DNA of 64,000 nucleotides from the IMG/VR virus record IMGVR_UViG_3300033562_000989, positions 1 to 64,000 of that record, one strand, 5' to 3'. Within the stretch, counting starts at the first letter, position 1; every line of letters begins with the position of its first letter. The DNA is from a virus (Duplodnaviria; Caudoviricetes). Below are positions 1-9,704 of this stretch, in pieces. The translations under genes and the position numbers were made by a program. The notes under the pieces were generated by a model. That model was not told where the DNA came from and did no database searches. It was given only the letters and a program-made list of their open reading frames with translations.

Positions 1-140
1 CAAGTTCTGGATGCATTATTGTTGGGGAAAATAAAGAAAAGGGTAAAGTTTTAAATAGTAGATTTTGGATGAATAAATTAACAGATTATCTTTTAGAAAA
101 ACAACAAAAAAGTAATAAAATTTATATTACTATTAAATAA
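1..140 (+). CDS. 3' end of a DUF5675-like protein (partial)
   Basis: Frame from nt 3 reads SSGCIIVGENKEKGKVLNSRFWMNKL...IYITIK* (TAA 138-140). GCIxVG...G.V..SR resembles the C-terminus of DUF5675 proteins (recalled, not searched). Confidence 0.55.
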   Translation, partial: SSGCIIVGENKEKGKVLNSRFWMNKLTDYLLEKQQKSNKIYITIK

Positions 141-219
141 TATATTATATACTATAAATTTATATAAATTTTATACATTAAATAAAGAGTTAAAATAAAT
201 TTTAACAAAAAAGTTTTAG

Positions 220-254
220 TATACATTTTATATAAATTTATAGTAGTAATTTTG
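220..254 (+). promoter_or_regulatory. putative late promoter: 21-bp motif + 6 nt + TAnnTTTG (-7 box)
   Basis: TATACATTTTATATAAATTTA (220-240) then TAATTTTG (247-254). An identical 21-mer with identical spacing occurs on the - strand at 54840-54806. Confidence 0.6.
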
Positions 255-290
255 TAAAAATAAACAAAGTAAATAACAATTAAAAGGATA

Positions 291-1265
291 ATGATTATGA
301 CAGAATTAGATGATGTTTTCGAAGGAGAAGACTTAGGATTGGGTGACCCAGTAATAAATGATAGTATTATTGAAAATAATATAATTGAAAATGATAATAT
401 TTTTGATGAGCCAGAAGAAGGTATAAAAGATACGTCAATTTTAGATGATTTTTTAAAATTAAAAGGATTAGAAAACAATAAAATTACTATTAGAGAAGAA
501 GATAATACAGAAAAAGAGGTTGATTTTTATGAATTGACAAAAGAAGAGCAGCTTGATTTATTAGCAGTCCAAGAAGAGACGTCTGATTTAGATGATTCAG
601 AAATTGAATTTTTAAATAGCATTCGCTCAAATAATTTAACTGTAGATTCATTTTTAGAAGCGTATAAAGCGCAGATATTAGATGAAGCAAATGTAAATAA
701 TACACAAGTAGAATCTTATGAAATAGATTCTTACGACGATCAAGAGTTATATTTATTGGATTTAAAAAATAAATATGATCTAACAGATGAAGAACTCGTA
801 AAAGAGTTAGAAAAAGAATTACAAGATGAAGTTTTATTTAAGAAGAAGGCAGATAAATTAAGAAGTGAATATAAACTTTTAGAAGATAATTATAAAGAAA
901 CACAAATTCAAGAAGCAAATCAAGAAAAAGAAGCAAAACATAATCAATTTATTGATCAAATGGTAGATATTGCAATTAAAACTCCTGATTTTTATGGTAT
1001 TGATTTAGATAATGATGAGAAAAATACAGTTTTATCCTCTATTTTAGAATTAGATGATAATGGTATTTCAAATTTTCATAAAGCTATTACAGATCCAAAA
1101 GAACTATACAGAGTAGCTTGGTTTCAAAAATATGGAGAAGAAGCTTTCAACGTATTAAAAATAGCTTATGAAGAAGAGATAACAAGACTAAAAAAAGATA
1201 ATCGTGCTTCTGTCGTAGTGAAAAACGACAGAAAAATAAACAATATTCACGAATTAAATTATTAA
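291..1265 (+). CDS. acidic conserved crAss-like protein upstream of MCP (probable scaffold/capsid assembly protein)
   Basis: 324-aa highly acidic ORF with coiled-coil character, immediately upstream of MCP, the usual crAss capsid-module position. Confidence 0.65.
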   Translation: MIMTELDDVFEGEDLGLGDPVINDSIIENNIIENDNIFDEPEEGIKDTSILDDFLKLKGLENNKITIREEDNTEKEVDFYELTKEEQLDLLAVQEETSDLDDSEIEFLNSIRSNNLTVDSFLEAYKAQILDEANVNNTQVESYEIDSYDDQELYLLDLKNKYDLTDEELVKELEKELQDEVLFKKKADKLRSEYKLLEDNYKETQIQEANQEKEAKHNQFIDQMVDIAIKTPDFYGIDLDNDEKNTVLSSILELDDNGISNFHKAITDPKELYRVAWFQKYGEEAFNVLKIAYEEEITRLKKDNRASVVVKNDRKINNIHELNY

Positions 1266-1289
1266 ATAAAACAAATAAACAAATAAACA

Positions 1290-2720
1290 ATGGTTATTGC
1301 TAATTACGTAAACGTAAAGCCAGAAATGGCACACAGTCGTACCTACGAGGATTTTTATAAATTCTTAGGGGCGCGTCCAAAGATGATGGGAGTTATGGCT
1401 CGTATGTATACAAATAATACAGCGACTTTCTTAACAGAAGCCTTAATGAACATCTATTACAATAAGAAAAACGAAAGTAAATTCCAACCTATTAACTCAT
1501 TAATGATTGAGTGAAGTATTGATGTTGAATTTATTAAAAGAGTATTCTTTGCAGCTTCTCCAATTGGAAATGGTATAGGCGGTGCAGATATTACAATGTA
1601 TTTCACAGAACGTTATTATGAAAAATATGATACTTTCAAAATTGATGACAGTCGTCAACAATGTATTGTAAAAACAACTCCTCAACGTAGAGGAGATAAT
1701 TTCTATGAGTACACTGTACAATTAATTGATGCAGATTATTCATCTGAATTAGATGTAACAGCTTGTGCTGCTGGGCTAACAACTCGTTTTTTATCTAATA
1801 TTCAACCAGAATATTCAGAAGAAGGTTTCACTAAATATCAGAGTAATATAGAAAAACATCGTCAGTGGATTACAGAACATAGAAATGACATTTCATATTC
1901 TAGTCGTTATGCACAAAACGAAGCTCAATTTATTAAAATTGCTCAAGGTGAGGGAACTGGTGAGATGCAAGAAAAGATTTTCAAACTTAACAAAATGGAA
2001 AAAGATCTTATGGATAACTTTACCACTGGTAAGAACAATCACTTGTTATGGGGAAAAACAACTATGAATGTAGATGGTAAATCAACAGTTTTAACTGAAG
2101 ATGGACGTCCATTAATTGCAGGTGATGGTTTAATTCCACAAATTGAAAGATTTGCATCTAAATATAAATTTGCTAAATTAAATGTTAATGTAATTAACAC
2201 TGTAATGGAGCAAATGAACCAAAAAGCAGCTAATGCTACTGGTAATCAATATACATTCATTGTAAATGACCGTTTATGGAGTCAAGTTAACACTACTCTT
2301 GGTGATTGGTTGAAATTATGGGGTTCTACTCCAACAATGTTGTATTCTAAAGCAACTCAATCTAATGTTAAAATCGACAATCCTGTTAAAGTAGGTGCAA
2401 CATTTACTTCTTATGAAGTTTCTGGAAACACTGTAACTTTCATGGTGGATCGTGCTTTAACAAAAGAATATCCTACAAAAGCTTATGGTATCTGTTTAGA
2501 TATGTCTCCAGATATGTCTACGTCACAACCTGCTATTGCAGCATTTACTTTAGAAGGTGCAGAATTCATCACAAGTAAATATCCAGGAGTTGGTGGAGTC
2601 GATGGCATCACAAGTGGCATCGTATCAAGTCCAGTTGCTGGAACTAAATTAGTTGTTATGGGTTATAGTGGAATCGTTGCATTCGCTCCGTGAAGAAGTT
2701 TTATAATTGAAGAGGTATAA
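1290..2720 (+). CDS. major capsid protein (TGA=Trp at 1512-1514 and 2691-2693; unspliced form 476 aa ending PWRSFIIEEV)
   Basis: ORFs 1290..1514 and 1596..2693 are in one frame joined by TGA. RTYEDFYKFLG, TFLTEAL and VSSPVAG match crAss-like MCP as I recall it. TAA at 2718-2720. Confidence 0.9.
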
Positions 2721-3764
2721 TCTTTAATTATGTACTCAAATCGTTAATTAATACAATACATTAAATTTTATTCATAACATATATTTTAGAAGAAATAATA
2801 TTTGTAATTTTGTAATATGAAACACTATTTATATAAAATTATAAATATTGAAACTGGTCAATATTATGTTGGAGTTAGAAGTAACAAAAATCCAGAACTA
2901 GATAAATATATGGGTTCAAGTAGTATTTGGACACGAAAATGGATAAAAGATAATAAAGAAGTATTAACTAAAGAAATAATAAATGATTCTTTTTATAGTA
3001 GAGAAGAAGCTAATATAGCAGAAGTTAATTTACTAAAACAATGTGAATTTGATACATTATGTATTAATTGTTTATTTGAAAAAATACCAAGTCACTTAGG
3101 TGTGAAACAATCTAAAGAATGGATAAATAAAAGAAAATTATTCGGAGAGAAAAATGGTATGTATGGTAAACATCATACAGAAGAAGTAAAACAAAAAATA
3201 TCAGAAAGTTTAAAAGGTAGAATTGTTTCAGAAGAAACTAGAACTAAAATTGGTAATGGGCATCGTGGGAAAATTGTTTCAGAAGAAACAAAATTAAAAC
3301 AATCCATAACTAAAAAAGAAAAAATAGCCTCTGGAGAAATAAAAAAAACTTATAAACCAGTAATTGTAGAAGATTTACTATTAGGAATTACAGAATATTT
3401 TGATGGTTGTAAATTATTTGCTGAAAAGTATAATTTAAACTACGGCTCTGTAAAAGTAAGTGCTAGAAAAGAAATTATTTATTTAAAAAGGTACAAAATA
3501 AAATACGCGGCTTCTACAAGTGATTGTAGTCGCAAATTGGGTGAATTGCTGGAAACTCCGGAAGCGGACAATCAGCAGCCAATCATTAGCCTAAATGACT
3601 AATGCAGGTTCAACGACTAGGTATTGAAACTACACAGTAGAATATAATATACTCACGAGTGCCCGACACCTTAATAAACAAGGTGATGATATAGTCTGAG
3701 CTGCAAATATAACAAAATAAATTGCAGAAGTATAGGATAAAGAGCTTATACGATAACAACACTG
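2692..3764 (+). mobile_element. group I intron (or intron remnant) at the MCP 3' end, carrying a GIY-YIG endonuclease
   Basis: Core elements P (AATTGCTGGAAAC), Q (AATCAGCAGCC), R (GTTCAACGACTA), S (GATATAGTC). P3 TTGGGT/GCCCGA, P7 GACTA(3615-19)/TAGTC(3692-96), P8 CACCTT/AAGGTG, terminal G at 3764. The 5' boundary is inferred from reading-frame restoration and is less certain. Confidence 0.8.
2817..3602 (+). CDS. GIY-YIG homing endonuclease with NUMOD3-type repeats
   Basis: YLYKI...YYVGVR...YMGSS N-terminus, GEKNGMYGKHHTEEVKQKIS and SEETR/SEETK repeats. The ORF runs into the intron core. Confidence 0.9.
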   Translation: MKHYLYKIINIETGQYYVGVRSNKNPELDKYMGSSSIWTRKWIKDNKEVLTKEIINDSFYSREEANIAEVNLLKQCEFDTLCINCLFEKIPSHLGVKQSKEWINKRKLFGEKNGMYGKHHTEEVKQKISESLKGRIVSEETRTKIGNGHRGKIVSEETKLKQSITKKEKIASGEIKKTYKPVIVEDLLLGITEYFDGCKLFAEKYNLNYGSVKVSARKEIIYLKRYKIKYAASTSDCSRKLGELLETPEADNQQPIISLND

Positions 3765-3793
3765 ACAGATCAATGATAATTGAGGAGGTTTAG
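3765..3793 (+). CDS. MCP terminal exon (second copy of the C-terminus): (T|AC) Y-R-S-M-I-I-E-E-V-TAG
   Basis: Joining T2691 to A3765 restores the MCP frame and gives PYRSMIIEEV*, 8 of 10 residues identical to the unspliced ending PWRSFIIEEV*. Confidence 0.7.
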
Positions 3794-3806
3794 GCCTTAA
3801 AACATT

Positions 3807-3846
3807 AATTACAAGAGAGACTTAAAACTCTCTTGTAATTATTTTT
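3807..3846 (+). terminator. intrinsic terminator-like hairpin after MCP
   Basis: 13-bp perfect stem AATTACAAGAGAG/CTCTCTTGTAATT followed by ATTTTT. Confidence 0.7.
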
Positions 3847-3906
3847 AAAACAAGATATAAAACAACAAGATAACAATACAACAATATAATTTTTAATAAG
3901 TGTAAA

Positions 3907-4782
3907 ATGAGTAATGAAATAATTCTTAAAAGTGTTTATGGCAAAGTCCAAAAAACATATTTTATTCAACCATGTCCAAATCCTAAAACAGGTAAACTTC
4001 CTTCATGTGTAAAAACAGTAAATTCAAATGGAGATATGATTCTTTCAGAAGATGATATAGTACAAATGAATACAGGCAAAAAACATTTTGTTCCAGCCGA
4101 CTATGTATTTACAATTACAGATGGTTCATATTTTAATCTTGATGATGTAGTAGACGCTGCAAATTGGGAAGCAATACAATATTGCAATTGGATTGCAAAA
4201 GATAGACATGAAAGAGATCATAATGGTAATTTAATAATTGATGGTGACGCCAAAAAATATGGAGTTGCAGATTTATATATTGAAAGACCAGGACAAGCAA
4301 CTAAATATAAAGTCAGCAAAAAACAAGAGATTTTTGAAGCACAGAAATATATCTTTGGTGATAATGAAGGTGAAAGACTTAAAAAAGCTAAAGTTTTAGG
4401 ACGCAGCTTATCAAATGCGGTACCAGCAGATGTATTAGATTATTTAATAGAAATTTCTGAAAAAACTCCTAAGAAAATTAAAGATTTATACGAAGGTGAA
4501 GATTGGAAAATGCATTTATTTATTCTTGATGCTATAGACAGAGGAGTAATTAGAAAAGCTGATGGTATTTACAAATATGATGATAAAATTATTGGCGGAA
4601 CTATTGAAGCGTCAATTATCTTTTTAAGAGATATTCGTTACAAAAAAATATTAGACTCTATTAAAAGAGAAACATACCCTAATCTGTTAACTAAAAATGA
4701 AATTGATGAAATTCAAGAACAAATAACAGATGGTATACCACATTTTGAAGATTCAGCTGCTAAGAAAGCAGTAAAAAAATAA
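3907..4782 (+). CDS. conserved crAss-like structural protein (gene following MCP)
   Basis: 291-aa ORF. IILKSVYGKV...YFIQP...GKLPSCVKTVNSNGDMILS resembles the conserved post-MCP crAss gene. Confidence 0.75.
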   Translation: MSNEIILKSVYGKVQKTYFIQPCPNPKTGKLPSCVKTVNSNGDMILSEDDIVQMNTGKKHFVPADYVFTITDGSYFNLDDVVDAANWEAIQYCNWIAKDRHERDHNGNLIIDGDAKKYGVADLYIERPGQATKYKVSKKQEIFEAQKYIFGDNEGERLKKAKVLGRSLSNAVPADVLDYLIEISEKTPKKIKDLYEGEDWKMHLFILDAIDRGVIRKADGIYKYDDKIIGGTIEASIIFLRDIRYKKILDSIKRETYPNLLTKNEIDEIQEQITDGIPHFEDSAAKKAVKK

Positions 4783-4802
4783 CTAAAAAAATAAACTAAA
4801 CA

Positions 4803-6050
4803 ATGACTTCACGCCAAATATGGGAATATGCTTTAGTGGAATTAAATAAAGTTCAAGCTCCAAGTTTACTCTTAGAGGACTATAACTATTTCATAAATAA
4901 GGCAGTTAATCAATATATCAATAAGATTTACAATGCTTATGAGGTAAATCAACAAAAATCAGATGATTTAAGAGTTCTGAAAGGAACTACTATTTTACAA
5001 TGTCTTCCACAAGATGATTATAATGCTGCAGGATTAGGTAATGGTATTACTGGTACAAATTCTACTTCATCTGTATCATCTAGTCCTCTTTTTGGAGCTA
5101 CATATGAAACTTACCTCCCAGATGATTATTTACACGTATTAAATTGTATTGCTGAATTTAAAGTTAAAAAGAATTTTAAATGTTACAATACTAATGATAT
5201 AATGCATTTTGGGGTAAAGAAATTAACTTCAGATATGTTTTCACAAATTATTAATAACTACTATATGCGACCTTCTTATAAGTCTCCATATTTCTTTATT
5301 AATAATGTTAATACATCTAATACATTTCCAGTACAAAACCAAGTTCAATCAGTAAATATAAATATTTCTAATGTTGTATATACATTAAAAAATAAAGATG
5401 GTGCTACGGGTTTTACAGAAGGAACTACGGCTACAATAAATGGAGTAACATTTATATTTAAAAACAGCCCAAATGTAGATAATGAGCTAGAAGTGCAATT
5501 ATATTCAGGTTTTCCAGGAATTAATATATATAATTTATACCAAAAATTAGTAGATTGTTCAAATTCTAACATAACAAAGTTAGAAAAATCAATTAATAGT
5601 GTAGGAAGTGCTCCTACAGCTATTTATACTATATATTTATTTCCCCCAAATAATGAAGCAGTTAATTATACAGTAGGTTCTTTATTTGAAACTGGCATTA
5701 CAACTTATCTTTCTACAAATGCAGAAAAATTACAAAAAGTGCGTTATGGTAACAGATCTAAAGTAAGAATGGAAATTCGTTACGGTAAGGACAATACTTT
5801 ATTTGAATTACAAAGAGTATATGTAGATTATTTAAAAGCACCTCAATTTATAAGATTAACACAAACTCAAGTTGATGAAGTAGAAGATAACTCACAATTA
5901 ATAGAATTCCCAGATTATGTTTGTCAAGAGATTGTCAATGAATTAACTAAATTATTAATGGAAAATGGGAGTGATCCTAGATTACAAACAAACATCCCAA
6001 TTAATCAAAGTATTGCTCAACCTCAACAAGAACAACAACCCAAAAGATAA
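4803..6050 (+). CDS. crAss-like ring/tail tubular structural protein
   Basis: 415-aa ORF with MTSRQIWEYALVELNKVQAPSLLLEDYNYFINKA N-terminus and YLKAPQFIRLT...EFPDYVCQEI C-terminus, typical of the crAss family. Confidence 0.7.
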   Translation: MTSRQIWEYALVELNKVQAPSLLLEDYNYFINKAVNQYINKIYNAYEVNQQKSDDLRVLKGTTILQCLPQDDYNAAGLGNGITGTNSTSSVSSSPLFGATYETYLPDDYLHVLNCIAEFKVKKNFKCYNTNDIMHFGVKKLTSDMFSQIINNYYMRPSYKSPYFFINNVNTSNTFPVQNQVQSVNINISNVVYTLKNKDGATGFTEGTTATINGVTFIFKNSPNVDNELEVQLYSGFPGINIYNLYQKLVDCSNSNITKLEKSINSVGSAPTAIYTIYLFPPNNEAVNYTVGSLFETGITTYLSTNAEKLQKVRYGNRSKVRMEIRYGKDNTLFELQRVYVDYLKAPQFIRLTQTQVDEVEDNSQLIEFPDYVCQEIVNELTKLLMENGSDPRLQTNIPINQSIAQPQQEQQPKR

Positions 6051-6081
6051 AAGTTTTAAAATTTAAAAAATAAGAAGAACA

Positions 6082-7182
6082 ATGTATCAATTTACAACAA
6101 CAAATGTAATTAATTCAGCCAAAGATTCAAATACAGCTATTGATAAATATGCTGGAGCAAACGGAGTGTTTAATGTAGCTCGCGTAGGTTCATTTAAAAA
6201 AGATAATGTAGTAAGTGTTTATAAAACAGCTTATAATGCTTCAACTTTAGAAGTAGCAAAAGTAAAAATTCCTAGCGTAACTTCATTAGATAAAGTATAT
6301 AGATTAACAGTAGATGTTAGATTAATTAATTCTACAAATTCAGAGTACGCTAGTACATATATTTATTTCAAAAAACCAGTAGTAGTTGAAGTTTTAGGAA
6401 AATCAACTCCTGCCCTTACTGCTGCTGCTTTAGTAGATGAAATTAAAAAATTGAAAGATCGTTATGGTGTATCATATATTACTGCTGAAGTAATTAATAA
6501 TACAGACTATATACAAGTAACTTGTACTGAATCTCACCAACGTATTAAAAGTATGATTATAGAAGAAGAAACTGCTAGTACAAGTACTTTAATTTTACCA
6601 CAATATACAGATTTATCTGGAACAACATTCTCAGTTACAACTACAGGAGTTCAAGGTTTCGGAGATGATGAATGGATGGTTAGAAATATTGTATTGCCAA
6701 CTGCAGAAAATGTACGTTACTTTGGTATTAACAAAGATGGTCGTCCAATCATTGGAGGTAATTACTCTCAATACACTTTACGTTATTCAATTGAAAAAAC
6801 ATGGAATGACGGTATTGTTGCTGGAGGTACTTCAGTTACAACTCATGTATTCTATGTATTAGAGTCTTTAGTTCCAAGTTTTGAAACTGCTTTAGCTGCT
6901 GCTGGTATTATAAATATTATAACTATCGGCGGAGATGTAGACTTAATTATTATAGGAGATCAAACTATGGATCTTAGTGAGACTTCTGAAGCTACACAAA
7001 CTTTATTAGTTAAAAATGCCACTGGAGCAGTAACATGGTCATCTGGCACTACAGGAGTTGCTACAGTAGGAGCTAGTACAGGTGTTGTAACTAGAGTGGC
7101 TGCTGGTTCAACAGTAATTACAGCTACTGATAGTTCTAGTCCAGCTAAAACTGCTACATTTACTATTACAGTTATAGCATAG
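6082..7182 (+). CDS. capsid-associated structural protein with C-terminal Ig-like (Big_2) domain
   Basis: MYQFTTTNVINS start typical of crAss. C-terminal VTWSSGTTGVATVGASTGVVTRVAAGSTVITAT fits Big_2. Confidence 0.75.
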   Translation: MYQFTTTNVINSAKDSNTAIDKYAGANGVFNVARVGSFKKDNVVSVYKTAYNASTLEVAKVKIPSVTSLDKVYRLTVDVRLINSTNSEYASTYIYFKKPVVVEVLGKSTPALTAAALVDEIKKLKDRYGVSYITAEVINNTDYIQVTCTESHQRIKSMIIEEETASTSTLILPQYTDLSGTTFSVTTTGVQGFGDDEWMVRNIVLPTAENVRYFGINKDGRPIIGGNYSQYTLRYSIEKTWNDGIVAGGTSVTTHVFYVLESLVPSFETALAAAGIINIITIGGDVDLIIIGDQTMDLSETSEATQTLLVKNATGAVTWSSGTTGVATVGASTGVVTRVAAGSTVITATDSSSPAKTATFTITVIA

Positions 7183-7210
7183 TTAAATTAGAATTAATAA
7201 CTCAAAGATT

Positions 7211-7253
7211 AAAAGGAGGGAGGGGGAAAATACTCTTTCCTCCTTTTTCTTTT
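7211..7253 (+). terminator. intrinsic terminator
   Basis: AAAAGGAGGGAG/CTTTCCTCCTTTT stem followed by a T-rich tract. Confidence 0.65.
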
Positions 7254-7279
7254 AACTTCACAACAAAAAACAATATAAA

Positions 7280-7948
7280 ATGGTAGAAAAACTGGCTTCG
7301 GCTATATATAACAATATCGTAGGCGGATTAGGCGGATTTACTTCAACACCTAACCTTAGCCTGCTACAATTGCAAGACGAAATCATAGAAGAACGCTTAC
7401 AAGTGATTAAAGAATATTCTATGAAGAATATGGTTCCTAGAAATGATCTTCTAATGTCTATAAATTGTATAGAAATAGATTGTAAGAGTTTAGATAAATG
7501 TCCTTGTAATACACAAAACTATTCATTACCAATAGCTCATTTTGAATTGCCACAAATTGTAAATGATTTTGCTAATGAAGCAACTGAATTTGTAGGGAGT
7601 ATAGATAGAGGTATTCAATTTAAAGTTTATACAAATACTGCTTGACAATATCATAAATATTTACGAAGAGGGTCAGAGAAACCATTTGTATATATTGAGC
7701 CAACTCCAAATGATAATAATATGTATGATGCATGAATATTTAATGCACCATTACTTAAAAGAATTTCAGTAATTGCTATATTTAAAGATCCTAGACAGTT
7801 AGAACAATATGATTGTTGCAAAGGAGATGATATTGAAAATTATACATTTATTTCAACAGAAATTAAAAAACGCTTAACTGAGAAGTATATTAGATACTAC
7901 AGAAGTTTAGGTGCTCAACCAACTCCTAATAACCAAGTTCCAAAATAG
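7280..7948 (+). CDS. crAss-like ring/tail protein (222 aa, two TGA=Trp)
   Basis: Frame stays open through two TGA codons to TAG 7946-7948. C-terminal AIFKDPRQLEQY...IKKRLTEKYIRYYR. Confidence 0.7.
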
Positions 7949-7954
7949 TAATAC

Positions 7955-8659
7955 ATGAAAGAATACCCATTTAATACTGCGTACACGCAAGCAAGAGAAC
8001 TATACGGATTAGAACTTAATCCAGATGAATTTGAATCATTGGGTTTAATAGCTTGAGATAAAATTGGAAACAAACAATATAAGTTATATAAATATACTAC
8101 TGAACCTTGCCAAACAAGTACAGGAGAATATTATGTAGAACTACCATGTAATGTTGATATAATAGAAGCTATTACAACAAATTATGAAGATTATCAAAAA
8201 ACTACACCAACTACAATATCATCTAACAATCAAAGTGGATGAATTGAAGATTATGTAGAAAACAGAAAATATAATACCGGAGCATTATATATGCCAGGAA
8301 AATTTATTAAATATAGACAAGAAGGAAATAGAATTTATCTTGCAGATAAATTTAATCAAGTTAATATTTTATATAAAGGAGTTATTGTAGATGATGAGGG
8401 ATTACCTTTTTTAAACAATAAAGAATTAGATGCTATAGCTGGATTTTGTCAGTTTATAGATGTAAGAAAAAAAGCAACTGTTAATAGAGATGCGCAATTA
8501 TTTCAAATGATGCCATATTGAGAGAATAATTGAAAAGTACTTTGCACACAAGCTCGTGTTCCAGATTATATTAATCAAAATGAAATGGATGAAATTTTAA
8601 ATGTATCTGCTTCATGGAATAGAAAAAGATTTGGTAAATCATTTAAACCAACTGCTTAA
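7955..8659 (+). CDS. crAss-like ring/tail protein (234 aa, TGA=Trp)
   Basis: ATG 7955, in frame with ORF 8291. LGLIA(W)DKIGNK and ARVPDYINQNEMDEIL..SWNRKRFGKS. TAA 8657-8659. Confidence 0.7.
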
Positions 8660-8660
8660 T

Positions 8661-9704
8661 ATGAGGATGTTATTTAATCATGGTTTATCAGCAGATGAAA
8701 TATTTACTAATACTCCAGATAGAATAACTACTAAAACACGTCAGTGATTTAAGGATAATTATGGAGATAACTCAAGCAGAGAAGATGGAATTAGTACACC
8801 ATTTAGATACTGTATGGGAGTTATATTAAATAAAATTTTAGATGAAAAATTACGATTTAAAATACCAGTTTCTAATAAAGCTTATATAGATTTTGAAGTT
8901 ATACATGAGGATTTGTTTGAATTATATAAACAACGTGGTGCTTTTCCAGATATAGATTTTATAGAATCTGATTTTACTGGATATTATTTACGATACTATT
9001 ATCAAGCAAAACATTATCAAAAAAAAGTTACTGTGTATTTAGGAGGAGATTTAAAAAAGAAACTTATTAATAAAATTAATAGTGGAGAAAAACTATATAC
9101 TACTAAAGACTTTACATTAGATGATATTTTAAATGATGTACATCAACAATTTAAAGAGTTAGATAAAAGGGAATTAAAACAAATTTTATTACATGGTTTT
9201 AGAAGAATGCATTCTGCAATTATGTATGGTTGTTATGTATCAATAGCAACAACTAGATATATAAATTGTTATGCATTTTTTGGATTATTAAGTACAAATC
9301 CAATAGAACAAGCTAATATATATACTTTTCGTAAAGTAAAGAAATTACGAAAAATTGATATATGAAAAAGAACTTTATTTGATAATTATTACTACATTGG
9401 ACTTACCCCATCATTACTAGAAAAGTGAGTTGATGTAAATAAAGGTAACAGAGTGTTTACTACATTTGAAAAAATAACTCCTTTAAGATTATTAGAAGAA
9501 GTATGTATTAAGGCTCAAAAATTTTACATATTTAGATTTAAAGTTAAAAAATGAAGAGGTTATATGTTTTGAGAAGACAAAATAAAGATTAGAGATGTAG
9601 AATACATAGGTGAAAGTAATAAAGGTGTTTTCTCTAAAACAGATAAATCATGACAACAATTAATAAAGGATGAAATGAAAAATAAAAATATAAAAAATGA
9701 GTAG
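8661..9704 (+). CDS. crAss-like 'IHF/HU-like' conserved protein (347 aa, TGA=Trp)
   Basis: ATG 8661, in frame with ORF 8814, open through TGA codons to TAG 9702-9704. DIDFIESDFTGY motif as in the crAss IHF-like gene (recalled). Confidence 0.55.

Noticed and set aside
2796-2812. TAATTTTG as a promoter for the GIY-YIG gene
   Set aside because: It is only 4 nt from the ATG and such strings are common in this AT-rich DNA, so it is not supportable alone.
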